Of a DNA stretch of 64,000 bases, positions 47,325 through 57,027 are shown one piece after another. The stretch lies in assembly GCA_040880745.1 (NCBI GenBank), contig JBBDHX010000035.1, positions 14,068 to 78,067 on the forward strand, read 5' to 3'. The position numbers were made by a program, and so were the translations under genes. The stretch is from Actinomycetota bacterium (GTDB lineage Bacteria > Actinomycetota > UBA4738 > HRBIN12). The notes under the pieces are model-generated. The model saw only the letters and a list, made by a program, of their open reading frames with translations, ran no database searches and was not told where the DNA came from. The stretch's first letter is position 1; each line of letters begins with the position of its first letter.

Positions 47325-48661
47325 GGAGGCGGTTCGTCGATCAACGCGTGGTCGTCGTCGGTGCCGCCGTCGCCGGCCTCGCCGCCGCTCGAGCCCTCGC
47401 CGAGGAGGGGGCCTCCGTGGTGCTCACCGACGAGCGCTCCGAGACGGAGCTCGGTTCGCCGGCCGTGCCTCCTGGGGTCATCCTGCGCGCGGGGGGTCAT
47501 CGTCGAGAGGACCTCGAAGACGCGACGCTCGTGGTGGTGAGCCCAGGGGTGCCGCCCTCGGCCGAGGTCGTGGGCTGGGCCGAGGCCTGTGCGATACCGG
47601 TGTGGGGCGAGATGGAGCTAGGAGCGCGGCTCGTCAGCGTGCCCTACCTGGCGGTGACGGGGACGAACGGCAAGACGACGACGACGGGCATGCTGGCGGC
47701 CATCCTGCGTGCTGCCGGCATGGATGCGATCGCGTGCGGCAACATCGGGCACCCGTTCACGACCGCTGCCCGTGAGCGCCACGACGCCCTGGTGGTCGAG
47801 GTGTCGTCGTTCCAGCTCGAGCGGCAGGACTCGTTCCATCCACGCGTCTCGGTCCTGCTCAACCTCGCGCCCGATCATCTCGATCACCACGGTGGTGAGG
47901 AGGCGTACGCGGCCGCGAAGGCCCGGATCTTCGCGGCGCAATCCGACGACGACGTCCACGTCGGGAACCGCGATGACCACGTCGCCGCTGCCGTGTCGGC
48001 CTCGGCGCGATGCCGCCACGCGTGGTTCCGATCGGGCCCCCCGCAGGACGCCGAAGTGGGCTTCGTGGAGGGGTCGCTCGTGTCCCGCGTAGGAGCGGAG
48101 GTTCGCATCGGTCCGGTGAAGGAGGACCGGCCAGGCTTCAGGGCCGACGCCGCCGCCGCCGCAGCATGCGCGATGGCCTTCGGGGCGGAGGCTGACGCCG
48201 TACGCGAGGGCCTGCGCACGTTCGTACCCGCTCCGCACCGGGGCGAGGTCGTGGCCGAGGTGGCGGGCGTTCGGTTCATCGACGACTCGAAGGCCACCAA
48301 CGTCCACGCGGCCCTCGCCGCTATCGACGGTGTGCACGACGCTGTACTGATCGCCGGTGGCCGCGCGAAGGGCCAGGATCTCTCACCTCTCGCATCGCGT
48401 GCCGGGCGACTGCGTGCGGTGGTGGCGATCGGTGAGAGCAGCGCCACGATCGCTGCCACCTTCGAGGGGCTGGTGCCGGTGCTGCATGCGGACTCCATCG
48501 AGGACGCGGTGGCACTGGCCTTGGGGGTCGCGGCCCCGGGCGGTGTCGTGCTGCTGGCTCCGGCGTGCGCGTCGTGGGATCAGTTCCGCGATTACACCGA
48601 GCGCGGCGAGCGGTTCGCGGCCCGGGCTCGAGATCTGGCAGAGGAGACCGGCGATGCGTAG
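47321..48661 (+). CDS. murD: UDP-N-acetylmuramoylalanine--D-glutamate ligase
   Basis: GTG 47321 overlaps the mraY stop. 'VVVGAAVAGLAAARAL', 'VTGTNGKTTTT' and 'DDSKATN' are MurD motifs. Confidence 0.9.
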   Translation: MRRRFVDQRVVVVGAAVAGLAAARALAEEGASVVLTDERSETELGSPAVPPGVILRAGGHRREDLEDATLVVVSPGVPPSAEVVGWAEACAIPVWGEMELGARLVSVPYLAVTGTNGKTTTTGMLAAILRAAGMDAIACGNIGHPFTTAARERHDALVVEVSSFQLERQDSFHPRVSVLLNLAPDHLDHHGGEEAYAAAKARIFAAQSDDDVHVGNRDDHVAAAVSASARCRHAWFRSGPPQDAEVGFVEGSLVSRVGAEVRIGPVKEDRPGFRADAAAAAACAMAFGAEADAVREGLRTFVPAPHRGEVVAEVAGVRFIDDSKATNVHAALAAIDGVHDAVLIAGGRAKGQDLSPLASRAGRLRAVVAIGESSATIAATFEGLVPVLHADSIEDAVALALGVAAPGGVVLLAPACASWDQFRDYTERGERFAARARDLAEETGDA

Positions 48662-49913
48662 CGCCGGGCAGTCGGTCCGCGCCACCCGGCCGCACGGCGA
48701 CGCCGCGCGCTCGGGGGCGCGACGGCACCTGCGGGTCGTTCCGGCCGCGCCGAGGACGGCCCGTGAACGGTCGGCCGCTGCTCGCAAGGATCTGCGGATG
48801 CTGTGGGCCTCCGGTGGGTTCCTCACCGCGGTCGGGCTCATCATGGTGCTGTCCGCCGGATCCGTCTCCGCGGCCCAGGGATATGACGGCAACCCGTTCT
48901 GGTATTTCCAGCGACAGGTGGTCTACGCAGCCGTGGGGATCGGCGCTGCGGTCTCCTGCGCGCGGATGCGACCGAGATCGTGGCGCGCAGCCTCGATCCC
49001 GCTCCTGGGGGTCTCCGGTGTGCTCATGCTGGTCGCGGCGTTGCCCGGCTCGGGCACCTCTTTGTACGGCGCCTCACGCTGGCTCGACCTCGGGCCGGTG
49101 ACGCTGCAACCCTCGGAGTTCGCCAAGCTCGGCCTCGTCGCGTTCACCGCGACCATCCTGTCCGCGAAGTGGGATCGCCTGGGAGATATCAGGCATGTGC
49201 TCCTGCCGCTCGGCCCGGTGCTCGCGGTGGTCGCGGGGCTCGGGATCGCGCAGCGCGACCTCGGCACCACGGTGATCTTGTGCGCGACGGTCTTCGTGAT
49301 GCTGTTCATGGCCGGCGTTCGCCTTCGCTACCTCCTGCTCGGAGGCGCGATCGGCCTCGCAGGCACCGTGTCGCTCATCGTGGGCGAGACGTACCGGCGC
49401 ACGCGGTTCTTCGACGCGTGGCTCGATCCGTGGAAGGATCCGAGCTCCACCGGCTACCAGTTGATCCAGGGGTTGATCGCGTTCGGCTCGGGGGGCTGGT
49501 TCGGCACCGGTCTGGGCACGAGCCGCGCGAAGTGGGACTTCTTGCCCAACGCCCACTCCGACTTCATCTTCGCCGTGATCGGCGAGGAGCTCGGGCTCGC
49601 CGGCTCGCTCGTCATCCTGGCGGCGTTCGGTCTGCTCATGTTCGCGGGCATCCGGATCTCCATCCACGCCACCGGGACGTTCGAACGGCTGCTAGCCGGA
49701 GGCATCGTCGTGTGGATCGGGTTGCAGACGATCATCAATCTCGGTGCCGTGACCGGTCTGCTCCCCATCACCGGTGTGCCGTTGCCGCTCGTATCCTTCG
49801 GTGGGACGGCGCTCGTGGTCACCCTCGGTGGTATCGGCGTCCTCGCGAGCGTGGCTCGTGAGCCGCTGCGGAAGTCCGCTGGGCGGACGCGTGCGCCCAA
49901 GGCACGGTCGTGA
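48654..49913 (+). CDS. ftsW: Peptidoglycan glycosyltransferase FtsW (SEDS family)
   Basis: ATG 48654 overlaps the murD end. It has about 10 TM helices and 'LQPSEFAKL', 'HSDFIFAVIGEELG' and 'TGVPLPLVSFGGT'. Confidence 0.9.
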   Translation: MRSAGQSVRATRPHGDAARSGARRHLRVVPAAPRTARERSAAARKDLRMLWASGGFLTAVGLIMVLSAGSVSAAQGYDGNPFWYFQRQVVYAAVGIGAAVSCARMRPRSWRAASIPLLGVSGVLMLVAALPGSGTSLYGASRWLDLGPVTLQPSEFAKLGLVAFTATILSAKWDRLGDIRHVLLPLGPVLAVVAGLGIAQRDLGTTVILCATVFVMLFMAGVRLRYLLLGGAIGLAGTVSLIVGETYRRTRFFDAWLDPWKDPSSTGYQLIQGLIAFGSGGWFGTGLGTSRAKWDFLPNAHSDFIFAVIGEELGLAGSLVILAAFGLLMFAGIRISIHATGTFERLLAGGIVVWIGLQTIINLGAVTGLLPITGVPLPLVSFGGTALVVTLGGIGVLASVAREPLRKSAGRTRAPKARS

Positions 49914-51007
49914 AGGTTCTCATCGCAGGCGGCGGCACAGCTGGCCATGTCATCCCGGCGCTCGCGGTCGCGGCGGCGTTGCGTGAGCGTGGCGCCGAGG
50001 TCACGTTCGTGGGTTCCGCCGATGGTCAGGAAGCGGTCCTCGTGCCCGCCGCCGGGTACGCCTTCGAGGCGGTTCGAGCGATCTCCGCGCAGACGCGGCT
50101 CTCCTTGCGGACGCTCCGCGCCGTCGCCGTCGCGATCCGGGGCGCGCGCGCGCTTCGTCCGCTGGCACGGCGGGCGGATGTCGTCCTGGGGGTCGGAGGA
50201 TCCGCGAGCGCGCCCGCCATCCTGGCCGCCCGCTGGGTGCGGCGCCCTATCGTCTTGGTCGAGCAGAACAGCGTCCCTGGGCTCGTGAACCGCATCGCGG
50301 CCCGATGGGCGAGCACGGTGGCGACGACTTTCGAGGCAACGGCCGCCCGGCTGCCGCAGGCTCGGCGGACCGTGCGGACGGGCAACCCCATCCGGGCCGA
50401 GATCGCCGGCGTGGCGCAGATGCGTGATGAGCTCGCCGCTCAGGCACGTGCGGCCTTCGGTCTTGAGCCGGGCCGCTTCACGGTCCTCGTGGTCGGCGGG
50501 AGCCAAGGCGCGCTCCAGATCGACCGGGCGGTCGCGGGAGCCTTGCAACTCCTCGGGGATCGAGGGGACCTGCAGCTGCTCATCAGCACCGGCCGAGCGC
50601 ACGAAGCGGTGGTAGCGGATGCCGTCGATCCCGGTGCGCGGCTCCTCGTCCACGTGCGCCCGTTCATCGATCGCATGGACCTGGCTCTGGCGGTGGCCGA
50701 CCTGGTCGTCTCCCGGGCGGGAGCGGGCATCGCCGAGCTGGCGGCGTGCGGCGTCCCCTCGGTGCTCGTTCCCTACCCCTACGCGACCGAGGATCACCAG
50801 GCGGAGAACGCGCGCGAGCTGACGGCGGCCGGGGCCGCGGTGAGCATCACGGATGCCGGATGCACGCCGCAGGCGCTCGCAGCGTGCATCCTGGGGTTGA
50901 TGGACGATCCAGAGCGGCGGCGGGAGATGACGCAGGCGGCGCTCGCGTGGGCACGGCCCGATGCCGCGGGCCGCGTCGCGGACCTGATCGGCGAGGCCGC
51001 AGCGTGA
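49910..51007 (+). CDS. murG: Undecaprenyldiphospho-muramoylpentapeptide beta-N-acetylglucosaminyltransferase
   Basis: 'GGGTAGHVIPALAVA', 'RAGAGIAELAACGVPSVLVPYP' and 'DHQAENAR' are MurG motifs. Confidence 0.9.
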   Translation: MKVLIAGGGTAGHVIPALAVAAALRERGAEVTFVGSADGQEAVLVPAAGYAFEAVRAISAQTRLSLRTLRAVAVAIRGARALRPLARRADVVLGVGGSASAPAILAARWVRRPIVLVEQNSVPGLVNRIAARWASTVATTFEATAARLPQARRTVRTGNPIRAEIAGVAQMRDELAAQARAAFGLEPGRFTVLVVGGSQGALQIDRAVAGALQLLGDRGDLQLLISTGRAHEAVVADAVDPGARLLVHVRPFIDRMDLALAVADLVVSRAGAGIAELAACGVPSVLVPYPYATEDHQAENARELTAAGAAVSITDAGCTPQALAACILGLMDDPERRREMTQAALAWARPDAAGRVADLIGEAAA

Positions 51008-52440
51008 ACGGCTGGCGTCACTGGGTCCCCCCCGCGGGGTCCATCCCGACGCTCCGGGTTCCCTCGCTGGAGGGCATCGGGCGCGTGCACCTCGTGGGGA
51101 TCGGCGGAGCGGGCATGCGGAACCTCGCACGGCTCCTCGCAGCGCGTGGCATCGCCGTATCGGGTTCGGATCTGAAGGATTCGGTCTACCTCCGGGAGCT
51201 GGACCGTCTCGGCGTTCAGGTCCGTGTCGGGCATGACCCCGCCGCCGTCGAGGGTGCCGAGGCCGTGATCATCTCGAGCGCCATCGGCGAGCACAACCCG
51301 GAGTTCGCCGCCGCCGTCGAACAGGCGATCCCCGTGTGGAGGCGTCAGCAAGCGCTCGCCGCCCTGGCCACCGGCCGGCGGGCCATCGCCGTGACCGGCA
51401 CCCACGGCAAGACGACGACCACGTCCATGCTGGCGACGGTGCTGGAGCGGGCGGGTGCCGACCCCACCTACCTCGTCGGCGGCGATCTCAACGAGAGCGG
51501 CAGCGGGGCCCGCCACGGCGAGGGCGACGTCTTCATCTTCGAGGCCGACGAGAGCGACGGGAGTCACCTGTTGATGCGCCCGTGGGTCGGCGTGCTCACG
51601 ACGGTGGATGTCGACCATACGGACCTGTACCGAGGCGGGCTCGAGGAGATCGTGCGCTCGTTCGCGGAGTTCGCCGACCGAGCGGAGCATGTCGTGGCGT
51701 GCGGAGATGACCCCGGGGTCGTCCGAGCCCTGCAGGTGAGCGGCCGAACCGACGTCGTGACCTACGGGCTCGAGACGTCGAACGCGTTCGCGGTGCACGT
51801 CGATGACCTCGGTCCCGAGGGAGCGCGAGGAACGCTCAGCGTCGATGGTGCCGAGGTTCCGCTCTCGCTGGCGATCGACGGTCCCCACAACCTGGCGAAC
51901 GCGGCGGCGGCGATCGCCGCCGCGGGGTTCGCGGGCGTGGATCCCGCCGTCGCCGCCGACGCGTTGCGCGGCTTCGCCGGCGTTCACCGCCGCTTCGAGT
52001 TCCGCGGCGCCGCACGGGGGGCCGAGTTCTACGACGATTACGGGCACACCCCGACCGAGATGGCGGTCACGGTGGAGACCGCGCGCAGGCGACAGCCACG
52101 CCGGTTGATCGCGCTCGTGCAGCCCCACCGGTACGGCCGGGTGCAGGCAGGCTGGCGTGAGCTCGGCGCCAGCGTGGCAGGGGCGGATCTGGTCATCGTC
52201 ACGGACGTCTACGGCGCGCAGCAGGTCCCGATCCCCGGGGTCACCGGCAAGCTGGTGGTCGACGGCGTCCAACTGGCCGCGCCGGGACGACGCACGGTCT
52301 ATCTCCCGCACCGGCGCGACGTCGTGTCCTTCCTCCAGCACGAGTTGCGCGAGGGCGATCTGGTCGTGACGATGGGATGCGGCGATGTCTGGTTGCTCGC
52401 CGATGCGGCGCTCGAGCGGATGCGGGATGGGGGATCGTGA
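51004..52440 (+). CDS. murC: UDP-N-acetylmuramate--L-alanine ligase
   Basis: GTG 51004 overlaps the murG stop. 'HLVGIGGAGM', 'VTGTHGKTTTTSM' and 'DDYGHTPTE' are MurC motifs. Confidence 0.9.
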   Translation: MNGWRHWVPPAGSIPTLRVPSLEGIGRVHLVGIGGAGMRNLARLLAARGIAVSGSDLKDSVYLRELDRLGVQVRVGHDPAAVEGAEAVIISSAIGEHNPEFAAAVEQAIPVWRRQQALAALATGRRAIAVTGTHGKTTTTSMLATVLERAGADPTYLVGGDLNESGSGARHGEGDVFIFEADESDGSHLLMRPWVGVLTTVDVDHTDLYRGGLEEIVRSFAEFADRAEHVVACGDDPGVVRALQVSGRTDVVTYGLETSNAFAVHVDDLGPEGARGTLSVDGAEVPLSLAIDGPHNLANAAAAIAAAGFAGVDPAVAADALRGFAGVHRRFEFRGAARGAEFYDDYGHTPTEMAVTVETARRRQPRRLIALVQPHRYGRVQAGWRELGASVAGADLVIVTDVYGAQQVPIPGVTGKLVVDGVQLAAPGRRTVYLPHRRDVVSFLQHELREGDLVVTMGCGDVWLLADAALERMRDGGS

Positions 52441-53363
52441 TGGGCGGCGATCTCGCTGTTGCGACCGCCATCCTTCGTGCAGCATGCGGCCCCCGCCTGC
52501 GCACCGACGTGCCGCTCGCGCCGCTGACGTCGTTCCGCCTCGGCGGGCCGGCCTCGCTGTTCCTCGAGCCTCAGGACGACGACGACCTGCGCGCGGCCTC
52601 TGATGCCATCGGGGCGAGCGGGGTCTCGTTCCTCGTTCTCGGGAAGGGGTCCAACGTCCTCGTCGCCGACGAGGGGTTCCCGGGGCTCGTGCTTCGGCTC
52701 GGCCGGGGCTTCCGCTGGGTGGCTCGTGACGGCGATCGACTGCTCGCCGGAGGTGCGATCGCGCTCCCGGCTCTGGCCGGGGTCGCGGCCCAGCACGCTC
52801 TGGACGGACTCGCCTTCGGCGTCGCGATCCCCGCGAGCCTCGGCGGCGCGGTCCGCATGAATGCGGGAGCGCACGGCTCGCAGGTGGGCGACGTCATCGA
52901 GAAGATCGACGTGCACATGCTCGGTGAGGGACGCAGGACGTCGCTCGGCCGAGTGGACGCCGGGTTCGGCTATCGCAGGTCTGGTCTCGCGCCCGACGCG
53001 GTGGTCGTCGGTGCGACGTTCGTCCTTCACCCGGGCGATCCGGCTCGGATCCGCGCCGCGATGGACGCAGCGAGGGACTGGCGCCGAGCCACGCAACCCC
53101 TGGCCGAGCCCAACTGCGGGAGCGTCTTCACCAATCCCGAGGGCGATCACGCAGCGCGCCTGATCGAGGAAGCCGGTCTCAAGGGACTCCGCGTCGGTGG
53201 GGCGCGGGTCTCGGACAAGCACGCGAACTTCATCGTCGCCGGTGAGGGAGCGACGGCCGCGGATGTCCGTGCGCTCATCGACACGATCCGCGACTCGGTG
53301 GCCGAGCGGACCGGTGTGATGCTCCTGCCCGAGGTGCGCGCGGTAGGCCCCGAGGATGCCTGA
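52440..53363 (+). CDS. murB: UDP-N-acetylenolpyruvoylglucosamine reductase
   Basis: 'LAPLTSFRLGGPA', 'LGKGSNVLV', 'GAVRMNAGAHG' and 'CGSVFTNP' are MurB motifs. Confidence 0.9.
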   Translation: MGGDLAVATAILRAACGPRLRTDVPLAPLTSFRLGGPASLFLEPQDDDDLRAASDAIGASGVSFLVLGKGSNVLVADEGFPGLVLRLGRGFRWVARDGDRLLAGGAIALPALAGVAAQHALDGLAFGVAIPASLGGAVRMNAGAHGSQVGDVIEKIDVHMLGEGRRTSLGRVDAGFGYRRSGLAPDAVVVGATFVLHPGDPARIRAAMDAARDWRRATQPLAEPNCGSVFTNPEGDHAARLIEEAGLKGLRVGGARVSDKHANFIVAGEGATAADVRALIDTIRDSVAERTGVMLLPEVRAVGPEDA

Positions 53364-54045
53364 CACCCACGGCGCGGATCGGCGCGGGCGGGTCCTGGTA
53401 GCCGCCGGGATGGCCGTGCTCCTGGCAGCCACCGGCGCGGGCCTCACGTACTCGAGGATCTTCGCGGCCGATACGCTCGTGGTGCTCGGGGCGGTGGATC
53501 GCTCCCGAGCGGAGGTCCTCGCGACGGCGGGCCTCGAGCCCGGTGTGAACGTGTTCCATCTCGATCCCTCGGGCCCGGAGGCCGCCCTGCTCGCGGACCC
53601 GTGGATCGCCGAGGCGACGGTGGAGCCCGATCTGCCGTCGACGGTCACGGTCCGGATCGTGGAGCGCGTGCCGGTCGCGGTCAGCGGCGGCGTCACGGTC
53701 GCCGCGGACGGCACCGTGCTCCCCGGCGCGGACCCGCAGGGATTGCCGACGATCGCCAACGTTGCAGGCGGTCTGCTCGACGATGAGGCTCGAACGGCCG
53801 CCGCCACCGCGGTCGCGGCGCTCGAGCCGGCGCAGCGGCGTTCCGTCATCGCCGTCGCCGTGGCGACCGATGGCAGGCTCGAGATGAACCTCGGAACCGT
53901 CCTCGTGCGATGGGGGATCGCCGGAGCCGACCAGGAGAAGGCGGCGGCGTTGGCCGCGGTCCTCCGCTCGGTCGGGGCAGGCGAAGCGATGCCGGTGATG
54001 GTGGATGTCTCGGTCCCCGGTGCTCCGGCCGCGATCTTCGGCTGA
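53356..54045 (+). CDS. ftsQ: Cell division protein FtsQ/DivIB (TM plus POTRA)
   Basis: It lies before ftsZ. A TM helix is followed by a POTRA-like 'VLGAVDRSRAEVLATAGLEPGVNVFHLD...PWIAEATVEPDLPSTVTVRIVER'. Confidence 0.75.
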   Translation: MPDTHGADRRGRVLVAAGMAVLLAATGAGLTYSRIFAADTLVVLGAVDRSRAEVLATAGLEPGVNVFHLDPSGPEAALLADPWIAEATVEPDLPSTVTVRIVERVPVAVSGGVTVAADGTVLPGADPQGLPTIANVAGGLLDDEARTAAATAVAALEPAQRRSVIAVAVATDGRLEMNLGTVLVRWGIAGADQEKAAALAAVLRSVGAGEAMPVMVDVSVPGAPAAIFG

Positions 54046-54097
54046 GCGGGTTGTCATCCTCACCGACGATCCGAGGCTACCGGCGCCGCCGAGCCGC

Positions 54098-54127
54098 TTG
54101 ACGCGGGCGGCCATCTGTGGGTAAGTT
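54098..54127 (+). promoter_or_regulatory. Candidate ftsZ promoter TTGACG-18 nt-TAAGTT, at the edge of an AT-rich patch
   Basis: TTGACG is at 54098-54103 and TAAGTT at 54122-54127. The region 54122-54165 is conspicuously AT-rich for this window. Confidence 0.4.
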
Positions 54128-54250
54128 CCACACGCTTAACTGTAGGTAGATATGACAATAAACGTGCAGTTGAGGGTGAGAGTCGTGCGACCTGCATCGA
54201 CGTTTCCCCAGGTACGCGGCCGGTTCGCCCGCCGCCCGGAGGACGAGAAC

Positions 54251-55393
54251 ATGGATGCTCCCCAGAACTACCTCGCCGTGATCAAGGTCGTCGGGGTCGG
54301 CGGCGGTGGCGTGAACGCCGTGAACCGGATGATCGAGTCGGGATTGCGAGGCGTGGAGTTCATCGCCGTGAACACGGATGCGCAGACCCTGTTGATGTCG
54401 GATGCCGAGGTCAAGATGGACATCGGTCGCGAGACGACGCGGGGCCTCGGAGCCGGGTCCGACCCCGAGGTCGGCAAGACGGCCGCCGATGAGCACTCCG
54501 ACGAGATCGAGGAGATCTTGAAGGGCGCCGACATGGTCTTCATCACGGCCGGCGAGGGAGGAGGCACGGGGACCGGCGGCGCTCCCGTGATCGCGGAGAT
54601 CGCCCGCAACCTCGGTGCCCTCACGATCGGCGTCGTCACCCGGCCGTTCGGGTTCGAGGGACGCAAGCGCGCCACGCAGGCCGACATCGGGATCACCGAA
54701 CTGAAGAAGGCGGTGGACACCCTCATCGTCGTGCCCAACGACCGCTTGCTCCAGGTGGCCGACCCCTCGATGCCGATGGTCGATGCCTTCCGGATGGCGG
54801 ACCAGGTGCTGTTCCAAGGTGTCGACGGGATCACCTCCCTGATCACGACGCCTGGCTTGATCAACCTGGACTTCGCCGACGTCAAGTCGGTCATGGCCGG
54901 CGCGGGCTCAGCGTTGATGGGGATCGGCATCGGGTCGGGCGCCGACCGCGCCACCGAGGCGGCGAAGGCCGCCATCTCCAGCCCGCTCCTCGAGTCCTCC
55001 ATCGACGGCGCGAAGGGTGTCCTCCTCTCCATCGCGGGCCCGACGGACCTGACCCTGCACGAGGTGAACGCGGCCGCGGACGCGATCACCCGGGTCGCCC
55101 ACCCCGACGCGAACATCATCTTCGGTGCGGTGGTCGACGACGCGCTCGGGGACGAGGTCCGCGTGACCGTGGTGGCCGCCGGGTTCGACAAGGTGAGCCC
55201 GACGGGAGAGAACCGGTTCGAGAGCCGGTTGTCGCGACTGCTGGAAGAGCCCTCGCGGGGCGGACGCGACGAGGGAGATCTCCCGTCGATCTTGCAAGAC
55301 GACGATGTGTTCACGACGGCCGATGCCGAGCCTGCACCGGTCTCGTTCGACGCCGAGGAGGATCTGGACATCCCGGACTTCCTGAAGAGCTAG
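54251..55393 (+). CDS. ftsZ: Cell division GTPase FtsZ
   Basis: Starts at ATG 54251. '[17 protein letters not shown]', '[11 protein letters not shown]' and 'NLDFADV' are FtsZ motifs. The C-terminal 'DIPDFLK' is the conserved tail peptide. Confidence 0.97.
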   Translation: MDAPQNYLAVIKVVGVGGGGVNAVNRMIESGLRGVEFIAVNTDAQTLLMSDAEVKMDIGRETTRGLGAGSDPEVGKTAADEHSDEIEEILKGADMVFITAGEGGGTGTGGAPVIAEIARNLGALTIGVVTRPFGFEGRKRATQADIGITELKKAVDTLIVVPNDRLLQVADPSMPMVDAFRMADQVLFQGVDGITSLITTPGLINLDFADVKSVMAGAGSALMGIGIGSGADRATEAAKAAISSPLLESSIDGAKGVLLSIAGPTDLTLHEVNAAADAITRVAHPDANIIFGAVVDDALGDEVRVTVVAAGFDKVSPTGENRFESRLSRLLEEPSRGGRDEGDLPSILQDDDVFTTADAEPAPVSFDAEEDLDIPDFLKS

Positions 55394-55430
55394 GCGGATC
55401 GGCGTCGCCCCGCGCGGCCCCGCGCGAGCG

Positions 55431-55515
55431 CGAAGGGGGCGAGGAGGTTCGACGAGCGAAGAGGCGACCTTCCCCCGCCTCTTGGCCGAGAGGACGAACC
55501 TCCTCGCCCCCTTCG
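55431..55515. repeat. Perfect 21-bp inverted repeat with a nested 8-bp inverted repeat (about 85-nt rod-like hairpin) in the ftsZ-yggS spacer
   Basis: 55431-55451 CGAAGGGGGCGAGGAGGTTCG is the exact reverse complement of 55495-55515. The inner pair is AAGAGGCG at 55459-55466 and CGCCTCTT at 55476-55483. Confidence 0.9.
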
Positions 55516-55516
55516 T

Positions 55517-56221
55517 ATGCTCCGCCGCGTGCGATCCACGCGTGCGGACATCCCGGGCAACGTGGCACGGATCCGTTCGGCGATCGCGGACGCGGCGCGG
55601 CGAGCGGGACGCTCGTCCGAGGACGTGACCCTGGTCGCTGCGGCCAAGCGCGTCTCTGCGTCGGCGATCGAGGAGGCCGTCGCGGCCGGTGTGACGGCGA
55701 TCGGCGAGAACTACGTGACCGAGCTCCGCGCGGCGCGATCCGCCGTGGCGGCGCCGGGCATCCGATGGCACTACATCGGCGCCCTGCGGTCGGGCACCGC
55801 CCACCACGTCGCCGACCTGGCCGACGTGGTCGAAACCGTGGCGGGAGAGCGCGCGGCTCGGCGGCTGGCCGGGAGAGCGGAGCGCGCCGGCAGGAGGCTG
55901 GACGTGCTCCTGGAGGTGGACTTCACGGGTGAGCGGACCGGGCTCGCACCCGGAGAGCTGGGGGCCGCCGCGTCGGTGATCGGCGGTCTCGACGGCCTGC
56001 GGCTCCGCGGGTTGATGACCGTCCCGCCGCTCACGCCGACCGCGGAGGAGGCGCGGCCGTGGTTCGCTCGCCTGCGAGAGCTCCGTGAAGGGCTCGCCCC
56101 GGCCCACCCGGCGGTGCTGGACCTCTCGATGGGTATGTCGTTGGATTACGAGGTCGCGGTGGAAGAAGGCGCTACCATGGTGCGCATAGGAACGGCTTTG
56201 TTCGGTCCACGGACGCCGTGA
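55517..56221 (+). CDS. yggS: YggS-family pyridoxal-phosphate homeostasis protein
   Basis: 'VTLVAAAKRVS' (PLP-Lys), 'IGENYVTE', 'WHYIGALRS' and 'LSMGMSLDYEVAVEEGATMVRIGTALFG' are YggS motifs. Confidence 0.9.
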   Translation: MLRRVRSTRADIPGNVARIRSAIADAARRAGRSSEDVTLVAAAKRVSASAIEEAVAAGVTAIGENYVTELRAARSAVAAPGIRWHYIGALRSGTAHHVADLADVVETVAGERAARRLAGRAERAGRRLDVLLEVDFTGERTGLAPGELGAAASVIGGLDGLRLRGLMTVPPLTPTAEEARPWFARLRELREGLAPAHPAVLDLSMGMSLDYEVAVEEGATMVRIGTALFGPRTP

Positions 56222-56242
56222 CACGAGGAGGACCAGAGCGAG

Positions 56243-56710
56243 ATGGCCGGCGTGTGGAAGAAGACCATGAACTACTTGGGACTCGTGGAGGGGGACGACG
56301 AGTTCGTCGACGAGATGCCCGAGGCTGAGCCGTCCCCCGTCCGGCGGATGCGGCCGCAGGCCGTCGAGTCTCCGGCCGAGGGTGAAGGGGTCGTGCGGAC
56401 CATCGCGTCGCCGCGGCCTGCCACCGCTCCCACGTCCGCCATCTACAAGGCGGAGCCCAAACGGTTCAACGAGGCGCGCGAGGTGGCCGACCGGTTCAAG
56501 GAAGGGACCGCGGTCATCATGAACCTGCAAGGCACCGAGGACTCCATATCTCGCAGGCTGGTGGATTTCGCCTCCGGGCTCGTCTACGCGCACGACGGGA
56601 AGATCGAACTCGTCGCCAACCGCGTCTACCTCCTCAGCCCGGACAACGTCGAGGTATCCGCCGAGGAGCGCGCCAAGCTCGTCGGCGACGGGTTCTACAA
56701 CCAGTTCTGA
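56243..56710 (+). CDS. sepF: Cell division protein SepF
   Basis: The N-terminal 'MAGVWKKTMNYLGL' and the C-terminal domain 'FNEAREVADRFKEGTAVIMNL...RRLVDFASGLVYA' are SepF features. Confidence 0.9.
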   Translation: MAGVWKKTMNYLGLVEGDDEFVDEMPEAEPSPVRRMRPQAVESPAEGEGVVRTIASPRPATAPTSAIYKAEPKRFNEAREVADRFKEGTAVIMNLQGTEDSISRRLVDFASGLVYAHDGKIELVANRVYLLSPDNVEVSAEERAKLVGDGFYNQF

Positions 56711-56744
56711 GCAACCGCACCGGGACTGTTAGCCTTCCCGCCCG

Positions 56745-57017
56745 ATGATCAGCGGTCCTGTCGGCAACCTCGTGTGTCTGGCGTTATGGCTGGCGTCGGT
56801 GCTCCTGCTCGTTCGGGTGATCGTCTCGTGGATCGCCGTGTTCGGGGGACGCCCGCCGGTCACGGGTCCACTCCGATCGGCATACGACCTGCTCTTTTCG
56901 GTCACGGAACCCATCCTGAGACCGATCCGGGCCATCGTGCCGCCAGCGGGGATGTTCGATCTGTCGGTCGCGGTGGCGTTCGTCATCATCTTCGTGCTGC
57001 GAACCGCGCTCTGCTAG
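56745..57017 (+). CDS. YggT-family membrane protein
   Basis: 90 aa with two TM helices. 'RVIVSWI' and 'TEPILRPIR..VPP.GMFDLS' are YggT motifs. Confidence 0.8.
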   Translation: MISGPVGNLVCLALWLASVLLLVRVIVSWIAVFGGRPPVTGPLRSAYDLLFSVTEPILRPIRAIVPPAGMFDLSVAVAFVIIFVLRTALC

Positions 57018-57027
57018 GGAGGCTCCC

